Below, in pieces: positions 50,359-63,762 of a stretch of 64,000 nt of DNA. The notes below the pieces were generated by a model, which worked only from the letters and a program-made list of their open reading frames with translations, was not told the origin of the DNA and made no database searches. Every line of letters starts with the position of its first letter. Position 1 is the first letter of the stretch. Source of the stretch: Phoronis australis (taxonomy: Eukaryota; Animalia; Phoronida); NCBI GenBank assembly GCA_002633005.1, contig NMRA01000561.1, positions 119,860 through 183,859 on the forward strand, written 5' to 3'. A program made the position numbers and the translations under genes.

Positions 50359-51561
50359 CTGAAACAGTCAATGTCATTTATCCCACACGCGCTGAATCAG
50401 TCGAGTGCAATACGGCCATGTGATATTGTTTTTCATATTCACCTCCCGCACTACTTCAACAGTGCACTCTAACATGGAAAGTTCAAAAGGTAGGTCAATG
50501 TTCACTCGACGTCGTTAGCCTGTTCGATCATTAAACTTCCGGAATATAGTTTAAAGTAATGCGGTTACTCGACAGGCAATCAGGTCCCAAACGTAACATC
50601 TGGTACAAAACTGTTAATTATATGACACTTTTGTCACAGTTTTCAATTTCTAAATATCATCGTCTGCAACTCAGGTACCGATTTCTCGGTAACTATAAAA
50701 TGAAATGTTGTTATTTAACTATTTTCAGGAAATGTTACAAGTTCATTTCACCTTTGCTAGCTCTTTTCAAGTAAGAAATCTCATTAATATGTCAAGTGGG
50801 ACGTTTTGTGTATTTCTCACATGACCTGGAATTTGTTACGACACGACTGGTTAATTACACCGTGTACGTAATTTTTTGATATTACATGGGCAAATCACAA
50901 AGTAGTGCAAAGTAGAAATCCATACACCTTACATTTCATCGTCTGCAAAACGCTAAAACAACCGAACGCGCGCCAACCAAACAATGTCGGAATTCCCAGA
51001 AGGTGACAAGGTCATGATTGACAAATCGGGTGTCGCTACTGTACGTACTCCCAGTCGGAAGGACATGCAAACAACTTCTTAAACGGGCCCATCTTCGGCG
51101 ACAAATTCCATATCCATGTTCATTCAAACGCGGAGACGAGCCCCAACTCAAGGAACGCGGCGAGACTAGCTGTGCTGTATGAAGGTCAATTCACGCGCCG
51201 GAAAGCCTTGCTGACTGATATTTATCAATATTTTTTAAGTTTTAATATTACAACTTCAAAGACGATTTATTAGATTCTAACTTCAATATTTGCTACGAAA
51301 GCTGAGTGCAATTTACCATTGTTAAACTTAAAATAAAAAGCTATTAAAGTCCTATAAGCAAACTTTTTAACCCTTATTAAACGGTTAGAAGACTTTATAA
51401 GGAACCACGCAGTGCTTATTCTATAACCAATAAACAATCCGTAGTCGAAGAAAGTTTAAATAAACGCATCTTTAACGATTCCGACCCGAAGATCACACCG
51501 CCATTTTGAACTTAATTAACCGCGATACCGGAAGTACAATTCATTCAGGAACCCAGCCTCC

Positions 51562-51701
51562 CGTTCAGTAACACTAGGATCTCGCTAAAAAGCAAGACTT
51601 CGCGGGATTACGTGAGATATTTCCGTGTATTTTAAATGAGAACACGTGGCTTTGGCTAGATTTTAGCTAGGTCCTATCGTAGGTCCTAGCGTTACTGAAC
51701 G
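51562..51701. mobile_element. Small MITE; a related inverted copy lies at ~58721-58878
   Basis: TIR cgttcagtaacactagga / tcctagcgttactgaacg; the core gacttcgcgggattacgtgagatatttccgtgtattttaaatgag recurs reverse-complemented near 58770-58850. Confidence 0.65.
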
Positions 51702-53334
51702 CACGCCAGGCTTAGTATAAGCCGTCTGTGCGACTGGAGCAGTGTCTGTTACCAGCCTGCAAACGGGGATAAAATAATCGACAGCTTTAATAAAACCAAA
51801 ATAGGGACAATTTGTACTGAAAATGTTGACAAAATATAGCAAAATAAACTTTGACAGAAATTATTTTGCCGGGCTCGAACCTGCAGCCGATGACCCGGTG
51901 CAGACCGATCGAGACCACTCGCACTGACAAAAGACGAAGGCATGCCGTCTCCGGCTGTTTTATCGGAATAAATGGTTCAAATCATGAATGCCGTATACAT
52001 ACAAAGATAGTTTCCGACACCTGTATAAAATTACGGACTAGTAACAGTCCGGTGCCAACGATTGAATAACAACCGGGGCCGACTAAGGCGCATGAGGCTA
52101 AGGGTGTTTTACTTGGTTTAATTAACTCTGGTAAACAAACAGTATAAACATAACAACGAACATGCATCATCAAATTATTGAATAAAATTGCTATACAGTT
52201 AGAATATCCTGACAGTTAAACTTGCGAAAATATGGAAAATAGATTTAGACGCGACTTAATCCGCTACACGGGTCAGGCGGCTGACGAATACCATTTGGTG
52301 GCGAAGAAACTTCAGGTCGAAAACTTGCCATGGGGCCAAAGTGGTATGATATAAGTTTTAACACGTGGGACAAAGAGATTAAAAATACTGCGTCATGCTC
52401 CTAACAGTGCAATATATTCCCATCCCATCGCCGACACTCAGCTCATTTACTAGAATTCACTTACTACACTTCCCCTCGGCTCCGGTTTGCGGCAGGGAAT
52501 TTTTATATTTAGACAACAGAGGTATACATTTTAAGTTTGTTTTTGTGAGGTTTGAAAATATATTTCCCTTGATAATTGAAAATCAAAGCCACTTAAGCAA
52601 GAGATTATCAGTTTCCGGAGAAGAGTCACGGCGACTGCAGGCCGGGGAATTATTGTTCACCGGTTACTGTGTCCTGGCAGCAAAATCAAGCACAGACGTG
52701 GAGCTCACTGTTTTGACATAAAACTTGTTTTTGTTTGTCGGAACATCACCGTATGCGGATGTTTTTTTTTCTATTTTACATTTTTAACAGGCAGTAAAGC
52801 CGGTGCCGATTTGCTGCCAATTACGCACTGCGCTTAAACATCCGGGTAGTCACCGTGACACGGCAATTGCTCACCTTAGGCTGGTACTTTGCATTAATTT
52901 CACGATGTGGCGATAAAGATTAGACATTTGTTGATCAAGAAACCTTTTCCTCTAATTTTTTGCCTAAACGGGTACTATTGCTGAAATTTGACGTACCCTC
53001 GCGATGAGTGAGGGCTGACTACGCCGGAGACTGCGACGGTACTTCAAAGTTATGATTATGCATTTGATATCGTTCGTCATATGCAAAGAACAGGTAAAAT
53101 TAGGACAATAAATAATCAAGTTTATTTTAAAAGAACCAAAATGAGAATCAAAAACAACCAAACAAAGTAACAACGCATTTACGCTCACGGTGATGTCACG
53201 TTTTCAAGGACAACATGGCTGGCGGTCAGGAATCCCTCGGCAAGCCCCGGGTTTTGATGAAATTCCCGAGAGGTTTTGCCCATGCCATAAACCTGAAACT
53301 CGTGTAAGATTCTCTATATATAATAGCAGTAGCG

Positions 53335-53406
53335 CTTTGGTATAGCTCGGTGGACTAGAGCGCCACTACGGTTAGCGGCAAGTCCCGGCTTCGAATCCCA
53401 GTCACA
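53335..53406 (+). mobile_element. tRNA-derived SINE head or tRNA pseudogene
   Basis: A-box-like tagctcggtgg and B-box-like ttcgaatccc at tRNA spacing; poor acceptor and anticodon pairing. Confidence 0.45.
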
Positions 53407-54460
53407 TGATTTGACCAACATGACGTATATGAATACTAATAATTCTTGTAAAAGTCATGGGATGAAAGAAAAAAAGAACAAAATTCCACACTTAGATATT
53501 GAGGCATTAGCTCCTACTTTTTCGAAAAACTTGTTTTCCAGTGCAAGACCCCATTGTACTGTAATCCGACGGTTCATAAAGAAATTACCTTATTAAAACC
53601 CATTCACCTTTACAAAAAGCTGCGCCTATACCTGAACTTAGGTGCAAAAGCGCATATTCAGAAGTGACTTTGTAAAGCAATCCTTGCAATAGATGTTACC
53701 ACATTTTTAATTTACGTTTAACTACACGATTGAAAAAATGAAAAAAAAACACGTTTAAACATTCATTGATCCATGACCCGATATCAGGGACACTAACAAA
53801 AGCATAGAAAATGAAACTTACCTAGGTTCTTGTGCCTTCATGAGATTTATGAACGCACCATTTCAAATATAGGCGCATGGGACTAACGAATTCCGATAAA
53901 GCTCACCCAATAAAAAACGTCTAACAGATGGAGTAGATTGGGATAGCCTTGGGAGTACTATTCTTAAATAGGCGTCAGTGCTTTTCAGAAACATTTTGCA
54001 CTAAAGCCATTGGTCTTGGCCATCTATCAATCCAGCATTGGATCATATAATAAGTTCTCTCAAGACCAAAAAGCAATTCGCTCTCGCTTACAAACTGTTA
54101 AAGCATAAACGTATTTTAATAATTGCCAATTTCTCGTCCTATGATACCTGCTTTGGCGACCGATTTATGACCCAAAAGACTCATTGCAAAGGTACAATAG
54201 ATTATCAGGGCATACCAGCATAAATTCCAACTACTTGTGTCCACGACAGTATACCCTAAATATGTGCACAGGTGTGACACTGCTAAAAATTGAATGGGAT
54301 AATTGATTTTAGTAGCGTTTTTTCCTTCTGTGAAAGTTGGTCCTAATAATTAATGCCAAACGCATGATAACACATTTCTGTTACGACCAACATTGACATT
54401 TTGTTACATTTAACGAAGTATGTTGCTGAGTATCTGACAAACAAAGTGTTCAAAGCTTAC

Positions 54461-54655
54461 ACTAAAATTGTCATCTGACTCGCATTCATGCTCATTCCGC
54501 TCAGCTGAGCTATGAACAATGCAGCTGACACGATAAAGATGGCGCTACCGTCTGCGTTCAAGGTTACGGTAAATGGAACGGAGAAACTTGTGATACGCTT
54601 GTCGATCTTGTTGTCCTCTTCACAGGCTTTGAACAAGTCTGGCATCGCCATGGCA
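54461..54655 (-). CDS. SLC1 transporter exon (HP1b-TM7)
   Basis: AMAMPDLFKACEEDNKIDKRITSFSVPFTVTLNADGSAIFIVSAALFIAQ; 195 nt, AG/GT. Confidence 0.93.
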
Positions 54656-55825
54656 CTGAAATAACAATAAAAATGCAACAGTGATCAACACGATAGATGA
54701 ATTGATTAGTCAACATAGCAGCAACACAACATTAAAAGTAGATTGTAAAAGGATGATGACTAAAAGTTTAGTGCACTGCAGTACAGAGATCCCCCACTTG
54801 CTACTTTTCCTGTTGTCCGCTTCATTTTATGTGTTTGAACATTAAATAGAATAATTTTGATGTATTTCAAAATGAATGACTTGAAAAGCAAACCAATCTG
54901 GTCATAACTTTAGTCTGTTACGCAAGTAAATAAAATACAGAGTGATAGCAATAGGATAATTTATGAGCACGCAAAGATCAGAAAGAACTGAAATCGCAGT
55001 ACATAAATCGATTCATATCGATCGATTTTAACATCTTAACTCAATAAATAGTTTTTATCAGTTGGAAAAATTTCGGACCAAATTTTATAAGTCAATAATG
55101 TCCTCTCAAGAAAATACCAATTTAAACTACCATACGATTTCTTGAATTATAATTAGTCCATTAAGACTATCATCTGCATGATACAATATTACGCCCTTAT
55201 TAATGTAATATTTTGAGCTATCAATCGGTTTGGAATAGAACTTTAATCAGGCATAATGTACTTAGTTGTTCATGGGAATACTCGCGAAAAACTCGCTTTT
55301 CAGTTGGGCCGTCTCGGATTACACAGCGACACTCGAATCTCGCTGTATTTACTTACAGTGAGATAAAAATCCATCAGACACATTTGCTGCCTCGTTTTTG
55401 TGCCACTAGAGTTTCACGTGTTATCTGTTGCTCTTTGATTCTAACAAGATTTTCTCGGTTGCATTACTTTATTCGTCCTTCCAAATTGCCACCGAAGTAT
55501 CACATTACTGCTATGCTGTGGGCTGCAGCTCCGACATCAGGAAGTTTCATAAACTGGACAAATACCCGTGGATGCGGGATCTGAAAATTTCCGCCTTCCA
55601 GACATAAATGAAAGACACGGAAATGTGCCTGATATCCAAAACGAGGTCATGCGCTTTCTGATCTCCGAAACAAAGGTTTTATCGCCATGTAATCCGGGAC
55701 GGCCTTATTGCTCGATTTTACGTGATCTTGCGAGAGCATACTCGCAAAATACTCGCTTTTTAATTGACTAATTTTACGTGATCTAAGGTTTTTGCCAGAT
55801 TCTTGCTTCTACCTGTCAATCTTAC

Positions 55826-56062
55826 CCGCTCGTGGTAGCAAAGGCCGTCAACCATGCTCTGGCCAGACTCAACAAGTAGGTGAACGGGTTTTTTCGGGTT
55901 ACAGCAAACAAAATAAGAGGAAGAACAACTCCCTGGTGCAAAATCAGGCCGGCTACTACAGTGAGAACGAAGAAACCAAGCTTTCTAAAAATGTCGTCAA
56001 TGTCGCCCTCCACTGATGCAATGGAGAAGATCATGAGGCTGGCGATTCCTATTGGTGAATAC
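55826..56062 (-). CDS. SLC1 transporter exon (TM5-TM6-HP1a)
   Basis: YSPIGIASLMIFSIA...LPLILFAVTRKNPF...AFATTS; AG/GT. Confidence 0.93.
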
Positions 56063-58014
56063 CTGCAAAAATAAAAATGGCGCTTGATTCGCGAAGATCA
56101 AGAGTTTAAAACCCCCTTTTTGATAGTCACGAGTTCCTCATACTCAGCCTAAACAGTTCCACTTTCTTGAATATCAATAAACTGGAAGTCAGAACTAAAT
56201 CAGAAAACGAACAAACATGTACATGTTATTATGCTGACTTGTATAAAAAGCTATTCACCGAAAACTATCTTACGATAGAATAATGTTTGACGAATTAAAG
56301 ACTGACTGCACGGGAATGTCAAGTAAACGTGAGAACATGACATATTACAGTTTTTCGACATCAAGATTATTTGAACACCTTGGTGGAATGATTAATGATT
56401 GAAATCTTTGTAGTTTGATAACCTGCCAACTTCTGTGAAATTGTCTCTCTGTCATTTTGAAAACGTATTTTGATGGGTGACAACACCTATTTTAGCAACT
56501 TTTGTACAACTGCCGCGAAATACCAGTAGAAGAAAAATATTTAAAGTTGCTAGCATCAATCGTTCTACCCTAGATTAGTCAGAATACGTAAAAACATAAA
56601 TCCAGATTTCATTGCAAATCCCTCATTTCAAACAGGTTTTGAAACTTGGCTGTTGAGGGGTTTTCGCTCTGAAAACATAGGCTGTATTTAAATGCACGTG
56701 TACTGAGTGGGCACCATAAGTTAAAAACGACATACCACATCTGAAAAAGGGTTCCTTGATGACTCAGTTAATATAAAAATGTCTGTGGATCGTAACCTGT
56801 GCAATCCGTGGCTCCCATTCAACATAACCAGTCACATAGCATCAGCTGCACGACAGACGATGCGTAAACCGTAATTTTCACAGTAAATTGATTATAATTT
56901 ATTACTAGGTCTGTAAACGACAAATTAAACAGGTAGCTCTCTTGGATATTAACCTTGCACTGGAGACAAAATCATTTTTGGTGCGAATTCAAAACTTGGA
57001 AGCTTTTCTTGCGAAAACGCACAATGCCCTGGCCTGGTGTTAAAATTTATTGAACATCTTGTCTTGTACGCCCACGTGGTTATTCGGAGCTGCATCGTCC
57101 TAACACGTAGTATATCTCTGACGAGTGTGACTTAGTTTTCACTTGATGAGACGACTTAAAACTGACGAAAATCAAATCATTCAATTTGCATGTACGATGC
57201 CTATAAAACACTACAGTTTTTCAACTTTGAGGTTTTGGAAAATCGCCTCCTTTTGGCATTACTTTTTCACCGAAAAAGCGTCAACTGTTTTCACGAGAAT
57301 TTGGATTGTGGAAGTAAAAACGCAGACTCCATGGAAATGAAAGTGGATTTAAAATTTTAAAAGTTGTTAGTATCTAGGCATATGTTTTGTTCTATTGGAT
57401 GCTGTCCACGATTTTGACGAGGCCACTAATTTGACCTACACGTGCTTCTGCTATGAATCTGTGGAAGTAGTCAACAAAAAACACAATACAAGTAATATCA
57501 ATACCTAGTGATTTTATTTACATCAATGCAAGCACCGGTGTACTTATATTTTTCATATTTATATTCCGAAGACCGTTAATAAAACTGGAACTTGCATAAG
57601 TTTCAGAGCAAGAGTGATTACGAAGTAGTGACGAATTGCTTCATTTTTTGTCATTTTTTGATTTTCATAAAGAGACTATTAAGGCAACTAGTTTTCATTT
57701 TTTGGAGTTAGGTCAACCCAAGAGAGAGGGAAAGAGAGCTGGGGGAGGTAATACGTTATTAACTTATATAACAAATTACTAAAATACAATAATGAAAAAC
57801 ACTAGTCATTTGGATAATATTTACATAGGCCAGAGATCTTCGTAGGCAAAGACCGCTTCAACACAGCAGAACAGAAATTGAAACAAGTAAGGAATAGACC
57901 AAAGTGAGACAGTAATTATGTACTATTCATACCCTTGACATTGGACTGACATAAGAAATCAAAGGTCATGTCATGCAGTTATTACGTAACACGTACAATA
58001 AATTTTCTCCTTAC

Positions 58015-58141
58015 CACAGAAACCATTGGATTATTTTCATGACGATTTCACTTGTTGAGATGAAGAATTGGAGAAACGGCTTGCCTTTTCTGCCGCTTGT
58101 GCTCGCAGCAATCCCAAATAAAATGGCACACACAATAAGAC
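58015..58141 (-). CDS. SLC1 transporter exon (TM4c-TM5)
   Basis: GLIVCAILFGIAASTSGRKGKPFLQFFISTSEIVMKIIQWFLW; AG/GT. Confidence 0.9.
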
Positions 58142-59063
58142 CTGAAATGGCAGTTTTGAATCTGATCTTAGAAATCAATGACGTAGTTAAAAATTATAAA
58201 AACAGACCACAGTTCCAGCAAGATTTCATTAATTATCGTTAAAAACTATAGGCTTAGCTTTGCACTCTTAACATCTTAAGAAGTAGATAATTTGAAATAG
58301 TTAACAACAAAAAGCAATGCCTAAGTAATTTCTGTGTAATTATCATTTAGTACTATACACAACCCTTTTTCACTTTGACTCCTTTTAAAAAACGTTCCAT
58401 TCTCAGCATCTCCTTCTGTCCACTAGTTTATATTAGAAAGCATCTGTAGGGCTTACTAAAACGATTCATATAGATGTAGATGTAGTGTATATTTATTCTG
58501 TATCACCAACTTGGACATAAGCAGTACACTAAGTCCTGACACTCTCGTTGTTTTCACCAATTGAAGACATCAACTGAATCATATGAATCAAAAATGTGGA
58601 AAAATCAGAATATGTTGTCAACGAAAATTAAAAAAACAAATTTGAATTAAATCATGCTTATTTCGAATTAAATTGATGCCATGTTGAAGAAGCATCATTG
58701 TGGGATTAAATTCGTCAAAACTGGGTAGAGTTCAGTAGCTGACTAGCGGCTACAAACGTCTATTCAAAATCACGTGGTCTCATTTAAAATACACGGAAAT
58801 ATTTCACGTAATCTCGCGAAGTCTTGTTTTTTAGCGAGGTTCTAGCACGGGTCCTAGCGTTGCTGAGCTCTACCCTGGTTTACGTTAAAACTATGTTTCC
58901 GACGTTTTGAACTAAACTGAACCAGCAACAAGCTCACTCGTTAAAACACACTTAGCATTTGGCGTGCACTAACTTATACTTTTGCGTTTCATTGCGGAAT
59001 CTCAACGCACAAGTCATGACAGGTCTCGTTAGAAATCGTATGGAATTGCATGAAAACACATAC

Positions 59064-59218
59064 CTACAAGGTTAGTTCCTGGTGCTGTTGTGAGTTTCTT
59101 TGTGTACAATATTTGTGAAGCATTAATCGGCGCAGCGACACCTGACTCCACATTTGGCTCGTACCTTGTTTGAATTTGATGGAGCGTGGCGCCAATGATG
59201 TTCTCAGGAAATAGGTTT
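59064..59218 (-). CDS. SLC1 transporter exon (TM4 loop)
   Basis: NLFPENIIGATLHQIQTRY...PGTNLVG; AG/GT. Confidence 0.9.
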
Positions 59219-61013
59219 CTGGAAAAAGATTCGACAATTTAAAGGATACTAAACCCTGTTGTGATAATTTAAGCCAATTATCGTTCTTTTACTTGCTAAT
59301 GTATAGGCGTCACTCTTGAACGATAAAGGCAGGAATCAGCTAAAAACTTATACTCCCTATGTCAGAGATTGGATGTTGTGGTTCTTGTTGGTTAGTCTTT
59401 TTCTACAGTTGCTGTGAAATTCGCTAAAATCGTAGGTCACGCTTGCCCATTTAGGAGATTTTGAAAAGAGTTTTCAAAATGTTCTCCTTTAGAGGGTTGT
59501 CCGGGTGTTTACGGTGCATTGTTTTGTTTAAAGGAATTTGATATATATGTTAATAGGCCGAAAAATCACTTTTGATTGCATATCTGACTTTTTCTAATTT
59601 AAAAAAAAATTTATAGACTGCTGGATTTTATTGTGAAGCTAGCGAAGCTTAAGCTTCATGTCCAGGGTACCGGTTGTGCGTTCATAGCCGCGGTGGCGCG
59701 TCCACCACAGGTGGTGCGTCCAATACCGGTGACGCCTCCACTACCGATGGTGAGTCCAATACTGGTTGTCCCTGCCAGTGCAGGATTTCCCATGAAGTTA
59801 ACTAGTGTAATGTTTAGGACCCAAGCACGATCCAGGAACATTTCGTACGGCGACGGGTCCAATAAAACGATGGTCTAAGTAATACATTACAGAGCAGTTT
59901 AAAACTAGTGTCAATACAAACTGGCATGAAACACTTCACACTACAATCCTTCACGTGTGGAGTCTACCCTGCTAGCACTACAGACATGTGGAGACTTCAA
60001 TGTTCTTTAAATAACTGTATTCAAGTTCTATTCCACATAGAACTCCAGCTAAAATGCCAACTCCGCTGAGGTTACACCGCGCATGCGTGAGAGTTGTTTG
60101 CTTTCGTTTGTTCCGGTGTCTGTACTTGCTATGAAATTTAGTGATAGTAGAACTTTTCCCAACTCTGTCGTTTTTCACAGAATTGCATAAGCGCTATATC
60201 ATTAGAAAGCCCTTTGTCAGTTCCTGGCGATTTTGCAACATGTAGAAGCAAAAGATAAATTATTTAATTCATAAGTAGTTATCATTTCGCATACATGTTT
60301 GGTTTAAGCATATTTTTCAATTCTAAAAACCAAGTGTTACTAAAATGCGAAAAATAACAACTTGTAATGGTAACATAAAAAGAAAATGAACTAGAGAGGT
60401 TATGTAAATGACCAGTTAAGCCATTAGGGAAATAATATTAATTGTTCCAAAGGTTTTAGAATATGGACCCCTCACACTTGCTATGGATAATTTAGTCAGA
60501 CATTCATCCAAAATTATATATCTTTATGTAATTAATTGGACTTTTGGTGCCCTTTGATACAATTACACTCTTCAGTAAAAATTCACAATACAGTTACATT
60601 TTGAGAAAAATGCGATAAACTACTCCAGGTAAGCTTACATGGATAATCGTCTAATCATAGTTTGCACTTGATGACCCCAGAACTAAGACTAAATGTTCGA
60701 GTCTGGACTCCATATTTCTAGCTTTTACTAGAGTTTGAAGCACGCATCTAGGAGTCATGAAGTGTGAACTTGGACTAGAAATTCATATGCATAAACTATA
60801 ACTTACTCGAGCACAGACTAGACACTTATCTTGAGTTTGCACAAAAGTAGAATAACAAATGCCAAAAATAGTTCGATTTCTATTACAAAGATTGAACCCC
60901 GAGCCCTTATTTCCCTGGTACAGCTTAACCGAAACACTGGATGACACGTGAATTTGATTGCAGTGACCATCCTATTTTTTATCAATAAGTAGAGAACTCA
61001 TCCATACACGTAC

Positions 61014-61107
61014 CTTAGGAGGTCAATGAATATATCTTCGCTACTCATCACCGGTTCAGTTATTGATAACGTCGTAGTGTTCGCAAAGTTTCCAAAGTCA
61101 TTGTTTC
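61014..61107 (-). CDS. SLC1 transporter exon (TM3-4 loop); earlier exons not found in the window
   Basis: GNNDFGNFANTTTLSITEPVMSSEDIFIDLLR splices in phase to NLFPEN, forming the DL.RNLFP.N family motif. Confidence 0.85.
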
Positions 61108-61446
61108 CTGCAATTAACGTGGGAGTTGAAAAAAACCCGTCAGATTATGAATGTGATGTTACAAAACAGTAACGTTCCAAAGAAGGGAATGGTTCATACC
61201 ATGCATCAGCTGTTGAACTACTTTTGATTCGCACACGGCATACTGCTAATAGACCTTATAGCGCGTTTAGGTTGGAATCTTCGTGACTTTTTATTGAAAA
61301 ACATGAATAAATTATTTTTCTTCGCCGCAGATAAACTTATACCAGGAGCCGTGAAACACTGCCCCCCTATGGCCACAGCTGTTCACGTGGGCAAGAATTA
61401 TTTTAAATTGAGTTCAAACTTCAGTTACGTAACACCAGGTGTGTTC

Positions 61447-62017
61447 ATCGTTGGCCAAGTGGATGAACTTTACGCACGTAAATTACTTGCGAAAATTAAT
61501 TCTTGTTAACGCCGTAAATAAATTAACAGCATAATTTAACTTTTACAGTCGTAAACTAATTCTTTACAATGCAAATAAATTAACTGCGGCGTAAATAATA
61601 TATTTTCAGAGCAATTTAACTTTTGATTGGCGTAAAATAATTATTAATGGCGTAAATTAACTTTTAATGGGTGAAGAATTTATTTACGGTGTAAATTGAT
61701 GAATTACTGCGTAAATTACTTTTTATCGGCGTGAATTAAAGTTAATAAACGTGCATAATTTATATGCAAAACGTTCTCATATGGCCAACTATAAATTTGC
61801 GCCGCTAAAAGTTAGTTTGCGCAGCAAATAATTAATTTACGTCATTAAAAATTAATTTACACCACGAATAACTAAACTATTCCGTTAAAAGTTAATTTAC
61901 ACCTCAAATAATTATTTTATGCCATTAAAAGTTTCAGTAAAGTAATTTACACCATGGAAAAGAATTGATTTACGCACATAATTTACTTGAGTAATGTTCA
62001 ACCATTTGGTCAACGAT
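61447..62017. mobile_element. AT-rich foldback/MITE with long imperfect TIRs and internal gcgtaaattaactttt repeats
   Basis: Left atcgttggccaagtggatgaactttacgcacgtaaatt versus reverse-complemented right atcgttgaccaaatggttgaacattactcaagtaaatt. Confidence 0.7.
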
Positions 62018-62419
62018 AAGTGTCTGTCTCTCTGCTTCAGTGGCAGTGCTTTGGTCAACAGTGTTAGTACTGATGTGTTTAGAGTGTCATGTCCGTTATT
62101 TGAAGTTATTGTAAGTTACTGTTGAAACATTAAATAAAGTTAATGCAGTCTGGCCATCATTGTTCAAAGAAATTTACATTGAGAAGAGTAAGAATACGTC
62201 TTTGAAGGGACGTTGCATAAAAGAAGGTTTTTATTTCCTGTGCAGATAAATGCGTAGTAATTAGATTTAAGTGAGCCCTAAATGGATGGATTTAAATTAT
62301 TTTGAAGATGTTCATCAAACACGAGCAAAAATAATACATTTACCTTAGTAAAAATGTATGTGAAAAATCCCCATGAGTTATCCCTAATGTAATAGTGGAC
62401 CAAGCCATTTTGAAACGGT

Positions 62420-63420
62420 AAATAAGGTTGAGTCAGTTTGTCTCATCTGATCAAACCACCCTATCTGGTCGAAGATTCGTTGTCAGAATGTCGGAAAAAA
62501 TCAGCCGCTTTCATCTTCCACTCTCCCGATGCGTACAGCAATTGCGTCATTAAATGTAAGCTTCTCCGGGCAACGCTTTCTCACCGGATCTAACAAATGA
62601 TAAACTCTTCACACAGCTCGTTGGGAGACTCGCTGCTTTTCTTCTCTTGTCTTCTCGAGCATGCATTCCAGCTCTGTTAACACCTGATCAGGTCGCCATC
62701 TGAGCTGTTTTCGACGCTCTCGGTAACAGGCTTCTTTGCATTCTTATTGACATCGTCTAATGTCTAATTATACCACTGACCTGCGTCCGCCCAGCTCCAT
62801 CGTGTCTCCATGAATAGGTACATCCAGGCTTACTGTCTGCTCCTTTGACTAGGACTCATCGCCAATGTTGAACTTCTCTACTAGAGATTTAAATGGCAGT
62901 TGGACATCGGGACTACGGCAGTAAACGTCTACACTTGTAAAACTAAACCACCTGAGTAAGGACTCGTTCACCGTTTTCTCCAGTTTTCCCCTGTTGTCAT
63001 AGTGATTTCGTAGACCATCAAAGGCCACACCAGTTTTGGTAATAAGGTGCGTTAGAAGATGGAGGAGTAAACTTTCTGGAGAGAGTTGTAATGTCATTCG
63101 CTTTGAATGTGCCTTTAAGTTCTGTTGATGTACTTGGTCTCCGGGTTCTCGTCGAATCACTTCCTTAAGCACTTGATGGGATGAACTGGTTCTGTATCTT
63201 CATCTCAAATCTATTGGCTGCTCACCCTGTTGCAATAACTAGAATCCACGTTTTTTCACCCTGAAAATCATCCTTGCTCAGTGCCATAGCTCTTCTAGGA
63301 CGGCAAAAACCCATCTTGTCTGTATATTTGTCGGTGTTGTGGTTGTAAGGACGTCCATGAAGACTCTTCTGAACCACCGACGCATTCATGCTACTTTTAA
63401 TCATAGATTATAGACAACAG
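62420..63420 (-). mobile_element. Decayed HERO-like (RLE-type) non-LTR retrotransposon fragment
   Basis: In order on the minus strand: RVFMDVLTT (FMDD RT motif), *ARMIFR, QLPFKSLVEKF, RWRPDQV (WRHDQVL) and TTNLRPDRV (PD of the restriction-like endonuclease). Confidence 0.72.
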
Positions 63421-63506
63421 ATTCGCAACTCCGACATTTCATTGCGTACTATCCTAGAGGAGGTGCCCCTCTCCTAAATTACCAATTTCAGTATCCAGTT
63501 AGTGTA

Positions 63507-63719
63507 NNNNNNNNNNNNNNNNNNNNNNNNNNNNNNNNNNNNNNNNNNNNNNNNNNNNNNNNNNNNNNNNNNNNNNNNNNNNNNNNNNNNNNNNNNNNNN
63601 NNNNNNNNNNNNNNNNNNNNNNNNNNNNNNNNNNNNNNNNNNNNNNNNNNNNNNNNNNNNNNNNNNNNNNNNNNNNNNNNNNNNNNNNNNNNNNNNNNNN
63701 NNNNNNNNNNNNNNNNNNN
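63507..63719. other. Assembly gap (N run)
   Basis: Run of n. Confidence 1.

Positions 63720-63759
<40 letters not shown>
63720..63759. repeat. (CA)n microsatellite
   Basis: Direct reading. Confidence 0.95.

Positions 63760-63762
<3 letters not shown>

Noticed and set aside
53335-53406. Functional tRNA gene
   Set aside because: A- and B-box-like motifs are present, but I could not fold convincing acceptor and anticodon stems. Kept only as SINE-like; tRNAscan-SE would decide.
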